From the human T2T-CHM13v2.0 reference genome, Homo sapiens: 64,000 bases of DNA. Shown here one piece after another: positions 63,782 through 64,000 of this stretch (position 1 is its first letter; each line of letters starts with the position of its first letter). Under the pieces are notes generated by a model that had not been told where the DNA came from, did not search any database, and worked only from the letters and a program-made list of their open reading frames with translations. The position numbers were made by a program, and so were the translations under genes. The stretch lies in the NCBI RefSeq assembly GCF_009914755.1, contig NC_060925.1; one strand, 5' to 3'.

Positions 63782-64000
63782 CTGGGCCCAGCAGGTGTCA
63801 GGGACACAGAGAAGAGCACAGACACACAGACAGACAGACAGGTGGAGGAGGAGACACAGACGTCAAAACGTTCTCCACCTCCTCTTCTCCCATGCAGGGA
63901 TTCCTCTGCCTGGAATAGGGTTCCCAGGGCGGAGAGGGAGGCTGGGAAGTAGATTTGGGGTTTTCAGGGTAAAGAAGGATCCTGAGAAGCCCACCAAGCT

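Overview
Human (or very close hominid) genomic DNA; gene content matches chr1p36.11. It is gene-dense and rich in GC and Alu. Order: the last 7 coding exons and 3'UTR of CEP85 (+), complete SH3BGRL3 (+, 93 aa), complete UBXN11 (-, 14 coding exons, 510 aa here, CpG promoter ~42.1 kb), complete CD52 (+, 61 aa, Ser40/Met41 allele) and the last 4 exons of CRYBG2/AIM1L (-). I placed all exon boundaries by hand at GT/AG sites with consistent phases; gene names come from recognising the translated proteins, not from a database search. About 45 Alus, a solo LTR10-type LTR, MER21, MLT1, L1, L2 and MIR pieces fill the introns. No prokaryote-type systems are present. The best candidate for something undescribed is in the CD52 intron. 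A splice acceptor at 54031-54032 is followed by a 15/18-nt copy of the start of CD52 exon 2 and then a decayed 21-nt repeat, which looks like a fossil or cryptic alternative exon 2. Other points of interest: a perfect antisense splice donor inside the CD52 signal-peptide codons, an AP-1 repeat-bearing LTR inside CEP85, an AG|GTGAGT recursive-type site and a short coding VNTR allele in UBXN11, and a degenerate ~40-bp array near the UBXN11 promoter.
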